This document shows positions 15,238-28,873 of a DNA stretch of 64,000 bases, piece by piece. This stretch comes from Eledone cirrhosa. Lineage: Eukaryota. The notes under the pieces are model-generated. The model did not search any database, had not been told where the DNA came from, and worked only from the letters and a program-made list of their open reading frames with translations. The position numbers were made by a program, and so were the translations under genes. The first letter of the stretch is position 1, and each line of letters starts with the position of its first letter. The stretch is from positions 166,222,001 to 166,286,000 of the forward strand of contig OZ024741.1 of NCBI GenBank assembly GCA_964016885.1, written 5' to 3'.

Positions 15238-15778
15238 AATCACTAAAAAATAATGAAGTAAGTTTCCACGAACAGGTTTCAATTCCCGATTAATGCTACC
15301 TTTTCTGTTTCTTGTTAATGTCTTTAACAATGAATGCCACAAGATGTGATTTTACCTTCCCTAAATATATATGATGAGCCTGGTAAATGAAAAGGCAAAT
15401 ATTTATAGATGTATCCGTCTATGGGACGTTAGCTCCATTGACTTCGTTGCTTTTTCAATCTACACACATTGCAGTTGTTTAGTTTAGTACTGCAATTTAG
15501 CGAAAAGGTAGATAAGATAGACAAAATGTTTTTCGCGGTTGTTTCTATTTACAGTTAAACTGTCTCAGACAAATGGAGGTAAGTGGGTCAGCCGTGAACA
15601 AAAGGTGCGGTAGCAAGGTACGAAATCGATCTGTCGACCGTTAAGATTTCACCGCTTTTACTAGACCGATACAGACAAGGTGGTTGAGGAAGCTTGCTAA
15701 ATTGAACCAACCCTGTTTTATTACTAGTATTCATTTGAACAAAAAGCAATGTCTGAGTATCTCTGATGTGAAATATGG

Positions 15779-15995
15779 ATTTCTAATTTCGGTACAAGGC
15801 CAGCAAGTTTGGGACAGGAGCAACATTGAGTAAATTAAACCCAGTTTTATGACTGGTACTTTATCTTATTGACACTGGAGAGATGAACGGCAAAATTTAC
15901 CTTGGTGGAATTTGAACTGATAATGTAAAGAGCGAAAAAAAAAAAAAAAAATACCACAATGGCATTCTATCCAAAGTTGTACCGATTCTGCTAAT
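15779..15995 (-). mobile_element. SINE family A, diverged
   Basis: Same core motifs, degraded. Confidence 0.7.
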
Positions 15996-16271
15996 TCACT
16001 ACTTTTCTGGTGTGAAATATTGCTACCACAGATTTAACCTGACATTCAGTCACTTCCTGACCCACAACTGCAAGGTATATTATATATGGGAGAACTAACG
16101 GTGGTGTCTGTTGAGGTGTGACAACCTACAGTATGTTTCAAGATGGACGATATCATACACACATAGTATAAACACAAAGAAAAAATATGCGCTCGCACAT
16201 TCAAACATAATATATGTGTGTGTACCTATGCATGTATGTATTATATCATATTGTATTATATTATATTATAT

Positions 16272-16456
16272 CGGTGGATTGGCAGTATCGGTAGAGGGTC
16301 GGACGCCATGCTTTCCAGCATAGTTACGTCCCTTTACGATCTGAGTTCAAATCCCGCCGAGGTTAACTTTGCCTTTCATCCTTACGGGGTCGATAAAATA
16401 AAGTACCAGTAATGCACTGAGTAATTGCTGGCCTTGTGCCTAAAGTAGAAACAATT
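16272..16456 (+). mobile_element. SINE family A
   Basis: TGGCAGTATCGGTAG A-box-like, GAGTTCAAATCCC B-box, CTTTGCCTTTCATCCTTACGGGGTCGATAAAATAAAGTACCAG core (resembles the Meta-SINE domain). Confidence 0.88.
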
Positions 16457-16584
16457 ATATTATATTATATATATATTATGTATTATATATATATTATATA
16501 TTATATATATATATATGTATATGTATATGTGTGTGTATATATATATATATATACATGTATATGTATATAAATAAATACATATGT

Positions 16585-16615
<31 letters not shown>

Positions 16616-16634
16616 CACACATACACACACACGC

Positions 16635-16669
<35 letters not shown>

Positions 16670-16812
16670 TATATATGTATACACACATATATATATATAC
16701 ACACACACATATATGTATTTAGACATACATATGTATATACATATACATTTATGTGTACACACATACACACACATATACACACACACACATACACACACAC
16801 ACACACATATGA
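16457..16812. repeat. (TA)/(CA) compound microsatellite
   Basis: Read directly. Confidence 0.95.
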
Positions 16813-17213
16813 TAATATAGTTAGTGTTTTCATAAGCGTGAAAGCAATATAATTAATAATTGTGAAGAAGGAAAAAAAAATGCAATTGAACGGCAAGTGT
16901 TAGTTGTTTTATATTGCAGTTTTCAATATAAGAAATAAACAGCTGCACCTTAGATATAGTGTGTAATTTGTAGTGTAATATATAGCAGGTGTTAAAACTG
17001 CAGCTGCAGATGGGGAAATTCAATGAGAGCAGATTTATGCTTTGGCCACGTGAAAAACAGTGTAAACAGAGCAAAATAGGGTTGGTTGTGTCAGGTGTGT
17101 TATAAGTGTAGTATGAATATAACCAACTCACAAAGCAGCTGTGTCGGCAGCTGGAGACTTACTCTTATTGTGGTTGGCTAAACTTAGAAACAGGAAGCTG
17201 TTGAAAACTAGCA

Positions 17214-17232
17214 CTTTCTTTCTTTCTCTCTA

Positions 17233-17283
<51 letters not shown>

Positions 17284-17401
17284 CTCCCTCTTTTTCTTTT
17301 TCTCTTTTTCTTTCTCTTTTTCTCTTTCTCTCTTCTCTATCTATCTGTCCCTATGTCTCTCTCTCTCTCTATCTATCTATCTCTCTGTCTCTCACTCTGT
17401 T

Positions 17402-17465
<64 letters not shown>

Positions 17466-17607
17466 ATCTGTCTCTCGCTTTTTCTTTTTCTCTCTTTCTT
17501 TCTCTTTTTCTCTTTCTCTCTTCTCTATCTATCTGTCCCTATGTCTCTCTCTCTCTCTATCTATCTATCTCTCTGTCTCTCACTCTCTCTTTCTCTCTCT
17601 CGCTCTC

Positions 17608-17656
<49 letters not shown>

Positions 17657-17657
17657 T

Positions 17658-17740
<83 letters not shown>

Positions 17741-18180
17741 CTGTCTCTCTCTCTCTCTCTCTCCCTCCCATACGAATTGTTATTCATACATGCGGGTGTA
17801 TGAATATATGAGTGTATGCATATGTGTGTGCACAGATGCATTTGTGAATATTTGCGTATGTGCATGTGTCTGTATCTGAGTGTATGTGCCAGTGCCCGTG
17901 TCTGTGTGCATGTGAGTGTGTTGTGTGCGCGCCTGCACTTATATATGTGTGCGTACTTATACATGCACCTGCGTGCATGGCGGCATGAGTGTGTGTAAAA
18001 TGCTTTGTTTCACTGATAGGGAAATTTAGATGTGCGTTTGTGTGCATTTGGGTATGTGCATGTGTTTGTGCTTGAGTGCATGTGTATAATTGTGTGTGCG
18101 CATGCACTTACATATAAGTGCGTATATGCAACTGTGTACATGACTGTATAAGTGTGTGTGAAATGTTTTGTTTCACTGAA
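17214..18180. repeat. (CT)n tract followed by TG-rich low-complexity repeat
   Basis: Read directly; internal duplications 17306-17405/17494-17590 and ~17840-18022/18035-18186. Confidence 0.9.
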
Positions 18181-18324
18181 AGGGAATCTGTTAATATAGA
18201 AAATACTCATCTAAAACTAATCAACACCCACCCGCTGTAGAAAGAAATAAAATACGTAAACAAATGTTTACTGACACTCCTAACCACTGTTGTGTATTGT
18301 CTCCCCCCTTCCCTACCCCCCCCC

Positions 18325-18406
<82 letters not shown>

Positions 18407-18553
18407 TTTGAGTATATGTTGGTTGTATACCAACACCTCAGTATGCAGGCTGGAGCACTCGACGAAGTGCGCAGGTTGGTTTGGTTACTCCGGAGTAATG
18501 TAAAACAAAATAAAATAAATAAGTCAAATGTCTAAAATTTAGCTTTGTTTATT

Positions 18554-18608
18554 ACTGCTATATATATTTCGGTGACAGCCATCTTTGGCTGTGACCTCTT
18601 CAGGCAGT
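18554..18608 (-). ncRNA. Type-I hammerhead ribozyme (inverted copy)
   Basis: Reverse complement of 18776-18830. Confidence 0.85.
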
Positions 18609-18775
18609 CCGAATTAGTGTGGTATAGACAAGTACATATGTTGTTGATGTGTATAACCTTGTCAATACTCTGATATGCCCAGTTCCTGGTTGGGTTGTTA
18701 TTTCACTGAGGAACTGGAATCATACGGTTATACACCTCAACAACATATGTACTTGTCTATACCACACTAATTCGG

Positions 18776-18830
18776 ACTGCCTGAAGAGGTCACAGCCAAA
18801 GATGGCTGTCACCGAAATATATATAGCAGT
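18776..18830 (+). ncRNA. Type-I hammerhead ribozyme, intact core
   Basis: ACUGC-CUGAAGA-G[GUCACAGCCA aaga UGGCUGUCAC]C-GAAA-UAUAU-AUA|GCAGU, then AAUAAA. Confidence 0.88.
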
Positions 18831-18879
18831 AATAAACGAAGCTAAATTTTAAACATTTGACTTATTTATTTTATTTTAT

Positions 18880-18983
<104 letters not shown>

Positions 18984-19008
18984 GCAAATCTGCTTCGTAG
19001 AATCGAGA

Positions 19009-19099
19009 CGTATCCAAGGACCGCGCGATTTCAGAGTCAGGTTTTATCACCATATCGATCGTGCCTCGAGCTGGTCGCGCGAGAAACAATTGTAATATG
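19009..19099 (+). ncRNA. Decayed hammerhead, paralog of 19333-19422
   Basis: CGUAU-CCAAGGA..long stem II..GAAAC-AAUU-GUA|AUAUG, AAUAAA downstream. Confidence 0.5.
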
Positions 19100-19226
19100 T
19101 CCAATAAATTCCTTTCGTCGCAACACTGATTCTCTTTCTTCTGTGATATCATACTCTGCTCCACGAGGGCATCGAGTGCTCATACGGCCTACCGCATGCA
19201 TACGGACGCTTTAAGCATCCAATACC

Positions 19227-19282
<56 letters not shown>

Positions 19283-19332
19283 TATAGATAACGAGGAATC
19301 AGTGATGCATCAAATGCTTTGAAAGCGCAATT

Positions 19333-19422
19333 CGTATCTGAGGAACTTGCGAATGCAGAGTCAGGTTCGATCTGTAACAGATCCTGCTTTGAGCTGATCG
19401 TCAGAGAAACATATGTAATATG
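19333..19422 (+). ncRNA. Type-I hammerhead with long stem II
   Basis: CGUAU-CUGAGGA..~60 nt..GAAAC-AUAU-GUA|AUAUG, AAUAAA at 19425. Inverted piece 19281-19314 vs 19437-19470. Confidence 0.7.
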
Positions 19423-19543
19423 TTAATAAATTGTGTTTTGATGCATTACTGATTCCTCGTTATCTATAGTAATATACTCTGCTCTGCGCGAGCATCGAAT
19501 GCTCAAACGGCATACCGCCTACGGACACAGTTATTGCAACTAT

Positions 19544-19584
<41 letters not shown>

Positions 19585-19744
19585 TTAAGGATACTATTTA
19601 TGGTTATGTATATACTAAAACTTTTTATAGGTATATATATTTTAAACCCTAAACAGTGAAAGACAGTAATTTATTACTACCTTATTACCAGTAAGATAAA
19701 TAGCTCAATGTAATAATATCAGTTGTTCTACAGAGCAGTTATAT

Positions 19745-21160
<1,416 letters not shown>

Positions 21161-21168
<8 letters not shown>

Positions 21169-21825
21169 GAATTGGTGCTCTGAAATAGCTATATATATAT
21201 GAATGTATATATAGTGTATTTTGCAATACACTGTATGCTTAATTAAAAGCATTTCGAAGACCTTATGCTATTGTTTTAGAGTGACAGACTCACTTACTTT
21301 AATTTCAGCAAACAGGGGGAGATAAAGCTGACAATGTCTTGTTTCGCATTTATTGATGCTTATCAAAGCCAACTACTCCTCCTGTTTGCTGAAATCATGG
21401 ATGTTTGGTTCTTATAGAATTCTAGTAAATAATCAGGAACTGATTAATTAAGCATACAGTGTATTGCAAAATACACTATATATACATTCATATATATATA
21501 TAGCTATTTCAGAGCACCAATTCTAATTTTCAATTTCTGTTTGACCGGCAACCGCTCTGTATAATCAGTTCCTGATTATTTACTAGAATTCTATAAGAAT
21601 CAAACATCCATGATTTCAGCAAACAGGAGGAGTAGTTGGCTTTGATAAGCATCAATAAATGCGAAACAAGCCTTGTCAGCTTTATCTCCCCCTGTTAGCT
21701 GAAATTAAAGTAAGTGAGTCTGTTCACTACTCTAAAACAATAGAATAAGGTCTTCGAAATGCTTTTAATTAAGCATACAGTGTATTGCAAAATACACTAT
21801 ATATACATTCATATATATATATATA
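21161..21825. mobile_element. Fold-back plus partial tandem hammerhead cassette (321-nt unit)
   Basis: 21162-21445 is inverted relative to 21446-21825. AGCATACAG recurs at 21451 and 21772. (TA)n on both sides. Confidence 0.85.
21638..21681 (+). ncRNA. Type-I hammerhead, U3-A8 core
   Basis: GGCU-UUGAUAA-[GCAU caauaa AUGC]-GAAAC-AAGCCUU-GUC|AGCU; inverted copy at 21326-21370. Confidence 0.72.
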
Positions 21826-21859
21826 TACCCACTCTCACACACACACACACACATATGTA

Positions 21860-22032
21860 CCGTATTTCCCGGCGCCGAAGATACTTCGTCCTCGAGGACG
21901 CACCCTAATTTTGACAACCAAAAATTTGAAAAAGAAACGATAATAAACAACCTTCGGGCTCCAGGAAACATTGTAGATTTTTTAGACTTATTTTAGGAAA
22001 AAAAGTAGCGTCTTCAACGACGGGAAATACGG
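21860..22032. mobile_element. Tc1/mariner-superfamily (Tc2/pogo-like) MITE
   Basis: TIRs CCGTATTTCCCG / CGGGAAATACGG, each flanked by TA. Confidence 0.88.
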
Positions 22033-22040
22033 TATATAGT

Positions 22041-22362
22041 GAAAGCGCATGGCTTTGTGGTTAGGGAATTCGGCTCAAGATCGTAAGATCGTGAGTTCGA
22101 TTCCCGGCGGCGTGTTGTGTCCTTGAGCAAGACAGTTTATTTCGCGTTGCTCCAGTTCACTCAGCTGCAAAAATGAGTTGTACCTATTATTCGAAAGACC
22201 AGCCTTGTCACATTCTGTGCCATGCTGAATCTCTCCGAGAACTACATTAAGGGTGTGTGTGTTTGTGGAATGCACAGCCACTTGCATGTTAATTTTACAA
22301 GCCGGCTGTTCCGTTGATCGGAACAACTGGAACACTCGTCGTCGTAACCGACTGAATGCCTT
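22041..22362 (+). mobile_element. tRNA-derived SINE family B (CORE-like)
   Basis: TGGCTTTGTGGTTAG A-box, GAGTTCGATTCCC B-box, TGTGTCCTTGAGCAAGACA core; homolog at 24489-24808. Confidence 0.85.
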
Positions 22363-22363
22363 C

Positions 22364-22482
<119 letters not shown>

Positions 22483-22521
22483 TATCTAAAAAAAATAAAG
22501 GTGTGACACACGAGTTGCGAT

Positions 22522-22842
22522 ATATTAGTAAAAAGGAAAAGAAAATGCTGACAAATTTTTCCCAGTGAAAAATAGTTTAATTAGGAATAAGTATAAATTA
22601 GTAATAAGTATTGGTTAGTATTCAGTTTAGAGCGCTCGTGGTGTTTGCTCTAATCAGATTAGCGCAAACATCATAGGCGCTCTATCTCAAAATTATTTTT
22701 GAAAGGCATTAGAAATGCGCAACCGGTAAAAACTTAAAACTAAAACTGAATACTAACCAATACTTATTACTAATTTATACTTATTCCTAATTAAACTATT
22801 TTTCACTGGGAAAAATTTGTCAGCATTTTCTTTTCCTTTTTA

Positions 22843-22848
<6 letters not shown>
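22522..22848. mobile_element. Solo fold-back copy of the putative Neptune pLTR
   Basis: 22650-22848 matches 4276-4476; 22522-22628 is the reverse complement of 22742-22848; followed by (TA)n. Confidence 0.85.
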
Positions 22849-22894
<46 letters not shown>

Positions 22895-22895
<1 letters not shown>

Positions 22896-23400
22896 TAGCG
22901 GAATTACCCGCGCCTTGCTACGTTTCACACATTCGATTTTGTAAGACAGTGATGATTGATTTTAAATCAGTGATATAATTTATGGAGTAAAAATAGAGGG
23001 AAAATGTTAAAAAAGTAGAGGCATTAACTAATCATTTTTGTTGTCATAATTCTAGTGATGTTTTGCCTTAGATAAAATGTCTAAATTAGCCAAATTTTAC
23101 TATAAAAGAGAGGTGCTTTCTTATTGATTTACGTTTAATTAATAGAAAAATCCCGTGATAATAGAGGTTCTAAAACTAAAATTATGAGCTTCCAAAATTT
23201 TCACTATAGGGGGTTTAACCCCCATTAGGGTGTCTTAATATTATTGAAATTTGCTGAAATTTTGTGCGGGTCTTTTTGCCCCCGGGAACCCTTTGATTAA
23301 AATGGAATATACTTATCCAAGTACCCTGGGCACTGTAGTTTCAGAATATATATCGTTATGGGGTCTATCTCCAAAACCATAGGAGGAGTTCGTGAACTCA
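22895..23400 (-). mobile_element. Non-autonomous Helitron fragment (3' end at 22895)
   Basis: Minus strand ends CGTAGCAAGGCGCGGGTAATTCCGCTAG|T (subterminal hairpin + CTAG). Far boundary uncertain. Confidence 0.6.
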
Positions 23401-23404
23401 CAAT

Positions 23405-24480
23405 AAGCAACCAGCACCTGGAAAAAAGTACACTACACCAAGTGTGTACGTGTACGGAAAGAGGCTAAAAGTTGCTGACAAGTTTCTTTACCTTGGTAGT
23501 ACGTTGAACACTTCATGCACACTTGATGATGAAATATCCTTAAGAATCAAGAAAGCCAGTGATGCTTTTGGATGGCTGCATCAACGTTTATGGTCCAGAC
23601 GAGGTATCACTATCGAAACCAAGGTAAAAGTGTATCTGACTTGTGTCGTCTCCTCCTTGTTTTATGTTTGTTAAACGTGGGTCACATACAGAAAGCACTT
23701 CGAGGAACTGGGGAGATTTCACCAACAATCTCTTCTAAGTTACTTGGGGTGTGGTGGAAAATGTTCGACAGTGATTTGGAAGTTCTCGAACGGCGCAGGG
23801 TCGTGACTATAGAGAGCATGATCTTTCGCACCGGTTGAAGTGGTGTGGACATGTGGTCCGGATGTCTGATGATCGTATTCCAAAGCAACTTCTCTGCGGA
23901 GAACTGTGTGGAGGAAGGCGACCACCACACAAACCAAAAATGCTGTACCGGGACTGTCAGGGTCACCTTGGCTTGTGCTGGAATTTCATCTGACGAATGG
24001 AAGTATATGGCTGAGGAGCGTGTGAAGTAGAGGCGTTTGACCAAGTCAGGTGGTGAACACTTTGAAACTCGTCGGAGAGAACACCTAACACTGAAAAGGA
24101 AGGTAAGGAAAAGAGACTGTTCTGAACTGTCTGCTGTTGAACATCATCTGGTTTGCCAGCACTGTGGTCGAGTCTGCCTGAGCAAAGCTGGTTTGATTAG
24201 ACATGAACAAAGTCATATCAGTAGACCGCATGTAGATTATAATCTGAAAAGGTGTAAGGAATGTGGCAAGGAATGTTCTAGCATGGAAGGTCTTAAAAGA
24301 CACATGAGAACACACAACCAGAACAAAGCAATGGAAGGTCCCGGAGGAGCCTACAGTTGCCATGTATGTGCCAGAGGGTGCAAGTCTTTGGCTGGTTTAA
24401 AGAGCCACATTTGTGCCTCACATTTTTGAGCATGTTATCGGGCGATAGTAATGCTCGAACACAAATTCGCAGCCATCATG
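23405..24480 (+). mobile_element. RTE (BovB-like) LINE 3' fragment with C-terminal C2H2 zinc fingers
   Basis: KFLYLGS.L..DDEISLRIKKASDAFG.L; three CxxC-H fingers (CQHCGRVC.SKAGL..H, CKECGKEC..GLKRH, CHVC..KSLAGLKSH); tail GCAGCCATCATGTATG. Confidence 0.9.
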
Positions 24481-24488
24481 TATGAATG

Positions 24489-24808
24489 AAGGCGCGTGGC
24501 TTTGTGGTTAGGCTATTCGGTTTACAATTTTAAGATCATGAGTTTGATTCCTGGCGGCGCGTTGTGTCCTTGAGCAAGACAGTTTATTTCACATTGCTCC
24601 AGTCCACACAGCTGGTAAAAATGAGTTGTACCTGTAATTCGAAAGGCCAGCCTTGTCACATTCTGTGTCACTCTGAATCTCCCTGATAACTACGTTACGG
24701 GTATGCGTGTTTGTGGAATGCTCAGCCACTTGCACATTAATTTCACGAAGAGGCTGTTCCGTTGATCGGATCAACTGGAACACTCGTCGTCGTAACCGGC
24801 GGAGTCCT
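24489..24808 (+). mobile_element. SINE family B
   Basis: Colinear with 22041-22362. Confidence 0.85.
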
Positions 24809-24919
24809 TTCTGTCTCTATATGTATGTGTGTGTGTGTGTGTATGTATGGATGTATGAATGTATGTATGTAGTATGTGTGTATGTATGTGTGTTTGCGTG
24901 CATGTATGTATGTATGTTT

Positions 24920-25400
24920 CATGGTCGGGTCTTCAGTGACTAAACCGGCAAACACACCAAGCTAGCTTGGTGAGGAGGGTGATATTTGGACACCCTGCTG
25001 GATGAAATATAACACCCGGCAAAGGGCAGTGGAACGCAACAGAGTCAACGGCTATCCAAATAGTACTTTTCTTTTTGTTTCACCTGGGAGTGAAAGGCCC
25101 CCAGTTGTTGTCACAACACCTTTCTAAGAGGGGGAAACTCTGAAAAAAAACCCTGCAGCTTCGGAAGCATCTGATGATGTTGACAAGTTTTCCTTTTCGG
25201 GTAATGTTTTCGATGCTCAGAGAGTGGGATTGGTCGAGTGCAAGGCCATTCCCCACTTAAAAAACCTTCAAAGCACAGGCATTGCTTGTTCAGGGTCTGT
25301 TCCAGGTTCGTGTGGCTGGCCGTAGCCTAAAAGTGCACCATTTTCTGTAATCTGACAAGCGATTGCAATACACTTAGCAGACTTTGCAGCCATCATGTAC
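24920..25400 (+). mobile_element. Short non-autonomous RTE-derived element
   Basis: Homologous to 58460-58780; ends in the RTE-type tail GCAGCCATCATGTA. Confidence 0.65.
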
Positions 25401-25729
25401 GCATGTATGTGTGTATATATGTAGGTTGTGTATTATATGTATGTATGTGTGTGTATGTATGTAGGTATGTGTATGTATGTGATGCAGACCAGTGTGTCGA
25501 AATGTTCACTTACGACAAATTACGTGACTTAAGGATTTGATAAAACAGACCTACAAAATAATAGGGGACGATATGATCGATAAAATAAGTACGAGACTAA
25601 AATACATACTAGAAAATCAATAGGATCGATAGAATATTACCAGGCTGAAATAGGAACTAGGGGTCGATTTTATCGATTAAACTAGCCAAGTTGAGTGAGA
25701 GAGACCAGTAAAATAATTATTTCTTCTTT

Positions 25730-25920
25730 AAGCATAAGGGGAGGGGGAAGTCGATTAAATGGCCCCCAGTGCATTACTGGTGCTTTATTTTATCGATCCC
25801 GTAAGGACGAACGGCAAAACTAACCTCGGCAGGATTTGAACTCAAAACGTAAAGGGTCATAACTCTATGCTGCAAAGCATGGTGTCCGACGCTCTACCGA
25901 TACTGCAAATCCACCGCCCT
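25730..25920 (-). mobile_element. SINE family A
   Basis: Family A motifs on the minus strand. Confidence 0.85.
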
Positions 25921-26018
25921 CAGGTTTTTATCTTTGAACACACACAAACACACACATAGACAGACAGAGAGACAAACACACACACACACACCTACACCCA
26001 CACCCACACCCACACATG

Positions 26019-26050
<32 letters not shown>

Positions 26051-26055
<5 letters not shown>

Positions 26056-26827
26056 TGAAACAAAATGAAAACGAAATTTCATTTCTCACTCTTAGTATGG
26101 CACTTACTTAAATGTAAGTATGCATGTATACGTACATACATATATGTATACAGACGTACAGTAGCACGCACATATATATATATATATACATATATATATA
26201 CATATGCATACAGGTACACATACATATATGCACGTATCAGTTTAGCGGCGCTTATTATAACGTCGCTTTGTTCGTTTGTAAACAAACTGAACAGCCTGAA
26301 TTTATGCCATACGGTGTTAAGGCAACCACGTCACCTTTTTGTTCAACACTGACACAGGAACGATGTACTAGTTTCAAGCTTGTTAGCTATCATCAGCACC
26401 GTTTACCCATCTGCCAGATAGTTGAACGTTCGAAAGTATATACTTTCCTTATGAAAATTAACGGCTGAGCAGCCTAATTTGCATATTGAGTGAGTTAAAT
26501 CGGTCAGGCATACCGAAAACGATAAATTGAAATAAAATGAAAACGAAATTTCATTTCTCACTCTTAGTATGGCACTTACTTAAATGTAAGTATGCATGTA
26601 TACGTACATACATATATGTATACAGACGTACAGTAGCACGCACATATATATATATATATACATATATATATACATATGCATACAGGTACACATACATATA
26701 TGCACGTATCAGTTTAGCGGCGCTTATTATAACGTCGCTTTGTTCGTTTGTAAACAAACTGAACAGCCTGAATTTATGCCATACGGTGTTAAGGCAACCT
26801 TAACACCGTATGGCATAAATTCAGGCT
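26051..26827 (-). mobile_element. Hammerhead element: ~1.6 tandem copies of a 472-nt unit plus terminal snap-back hairpin
   Basis: 26051-26327 repeats almost exactly at 26523-26799; perfect 30-bp stem 26765-26794/26798-26827; (TA)n flanks. Confidence 0.88.
26359..26403 (-). ncRNA. Type-I hammerhead ribozyme, intact core
   Basis: AACGGUG-CUGAUGA-U[AGCU aaca AGCU]U-GAAAC-UA-GUA|CAUCGUU; 7-bp stem I; palindromic ACUAGU stem III. Confidence 0.88.
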
Positions 26828-26841
26828 ATCTCATCTATATT

Positions 26842-26871
<30 letters not shown>

Positions 26872-26875
<4 letters not shown>

Positions 26876-27138
26876 CGCAAAATCAATTTTTAACATTCAC
26901 GTTACCTCTACCGACCAATCAAAATTGTTTTGACTACAAGAATTTTTGCAACACGAATTGGTGCGAAATTTATAGTACTCATTCACGTGACATTCAACAA
27001 CCAACCAAATCTTAATACCTTTGGAGCCACTTTTTTCACATAAAACAGGTAGAATTTCCAAAACTAATCAGATTAGAGCAAACAGCACGAGCGCTCTATC
27101 TCAAAATTGTTTTTGAAAAGCATTAGAAATGCGCAACC
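26872..27138 (+). mobile_element. Third copy (partial) of the putative Neptune pLTR
   Basis: Matches 4120-4351; preceded by (TA)n. Confidence 0.85.
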
Positions 27139-27189
27139 GAGTGAGGGAGAAAGTAAGAGGTAAAGAAGAAGTATGAAAGAGATATGAGT

Positions 27190-27408
27190 AAGAATCGACA
27201 CAAGTACCTGAATATTGCACTTTGGTACTTTTTTATCGACTTCGAAAGGATGGAAGACAAAGACGACCTTGTTGAACTTTAGTACTTTTTTTATCGACCT
27301 TGAAAAGATGGAAGACAAAGACGGACTTGTTGAATTTTGAATTCAGAGCCGGAACGAATACAACAAAACATTTCACATGACATTCTAACGACTACCGATT
27401 CGCCGCCT
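27190..27408 (-). mobile_element. SINE family A-like, old, with internal duplication
   Basis: GGTACTTTTTTATCGAC..GAAAGGATGGAAGACAAAG occurs twice. Confidence 0.6.
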
Positions 27409-27840
27409 CCAACAGTAATATAGTCTCATAATAATAGAAATATCTACAACAATATAATGATAAGTGATGAAAATTGTTACTGCTGCTTTGACATAAACCT
27501 ATCAATAAAACGCGAATAACTATTTTTAAAAAACATTAATGTTAGAAAGTATGAAATAATTGAAATACAAAAGAGAAACTATAGAATGCTAGAAGAGAAT
27601 TAATTGCGGCTTAGAATCGTTGCTATCATTATTGTTATCGATTTTATTTAAATTGATGGCATATAATTTACAGCTTAAAAACAAATGCGTTGGAGTTCCG
27701 TCAGTTTTAACGACGAATGTTCCAGTTAAATGATCAACGGAACAATTATATATATATATTTCGTTTCCTTCTACTTTCACCCGTGTAGGACATCTCACTT
27801 TTTTATTTTTGTTTTTTTTTAAAATGAAACCTCATTTTCT

Positions 27841-27873
<33 letters not shown>

Positions 27874-27896
27874 ATGTATATATTTAATATAGAAAT

Positions 27897-27941
27897 GTCT
27901 TCTACAGGACTAGAACTGTTTCATTCGGGAAATATCATCAG
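27897..27941 (-). ncRNA. Hammerhead core, 5' strand of stem I lost
   Basis: CUGAUGA-UAUUUCCCGAAU-GAAAC-AG-UUCUAGUC-CU-GUA; same family as 33294-33344 and decayed 31720-31760. Confidence 0.65.
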
Positions 27942-27949
27942 TGTGTGTG

Positions 27950-28547
27950 TGTCTGTGTATTACTTATAGGGACCTACATCTTACGACTGAATTTCATGAA
28001 ACTTTACAGACTCATCGATTATTCATCTGGGAGTGTTTTCTATATATCAGCGTATCGTTTTTTTTTTTATTCCGGGGTCATTCTGAGGATAAAAATCGAT
28101 AGGGGTCACCTTTTTTTAGGTATCGAAAAATAAGAATTTTGGCTCTAGCTCCCACATTTTGCCACCGATTTCGTTCAAATTTTAAAGCAAAATAGAATTT
28201 ATCATTGCACATCCTATAATGGCTTTATATTTTGCATTTGTTGTTCAGGGACGGCGTGGCAGCCGCTTAAATATTCGAAAATGCCACCTTTTCGCTCAAA
28301 TTTCCGCCTTTTCGGCTCTAGCTCCCACATTTTCAACCGATTTCGTTCAAATTCGAAACTCCCTCCACCAGCATGCCCCTTCGTCAGTCACTCGCGTTTC
28401 TCAGTGACAGAGGTCATCACCACCTTCCCCCGAATAGCCTGCGTGTGGCCATAGATGAGTCATCGAGAAGCAGTCGCTAAGATCAACACCATTTCATCAA
28501 AGCAGATATTATTTTACCTACCCAGGCAACGGTGGGTACTGCTGCTA

Positions 28548-28548
<1 letters not shown>
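27950..28548 (+). mobile_element. Non-autonomous Helitron fragment (3' end at 28548)
   Basis: Ends TACCCAGGCAACGGTGGGTACTGCTGCTAG|T; internal duplication GGCTCTAGCTCCCACATTTT at 28141/28314. 5' boundary uncertain. Confidence 0.6.
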
Positions 28549-28580
<32 letters not shown>

Positions 28581-28583
<3 letters not shown>

Positions 28584-28778
28584 TTAGAGAATTGGATTCG
28601 CAATCGTAAGGTTGTGAGTTCAATTCCTGGACCAGGCGATGCGTTATGTCCGTGAGCAAGACACTTTATTTCACGTTGCTCCTTCTACCTGGAGTTGCGA
28701 CCGATAGATAGTATTAGCAATTGGAAAGACCAACGGAAACATTGTTCCCTCGGTCCGGTTTGACGAAAGTCGATCGTT
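28581..28778 (+). mobile_element. SINE family B variant
   Basis: GAGTTCAATTCC B-box and TGTCCGTGAGCAAGACACTT core. Confidence 0.8.
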
Positions 28779-28804
28779 TAAAAAAAAATATATCTGTGTG
28801 TATG

Positions 28805-28871
<67 letters not shown>

Positions 28872-28873
<2 letters not shown>

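Noticed and set aside
16272-16360. tRNA genes at A/B-box motifs
   Set aside because: These are SINE heads with no complete cloverleaf.
24037-24429. Host C2H2 zinc-finger gene (also 57722-58171)
   Set aside because: Contiguous with decayed RTE coding sequence and followed by the RTE tail.
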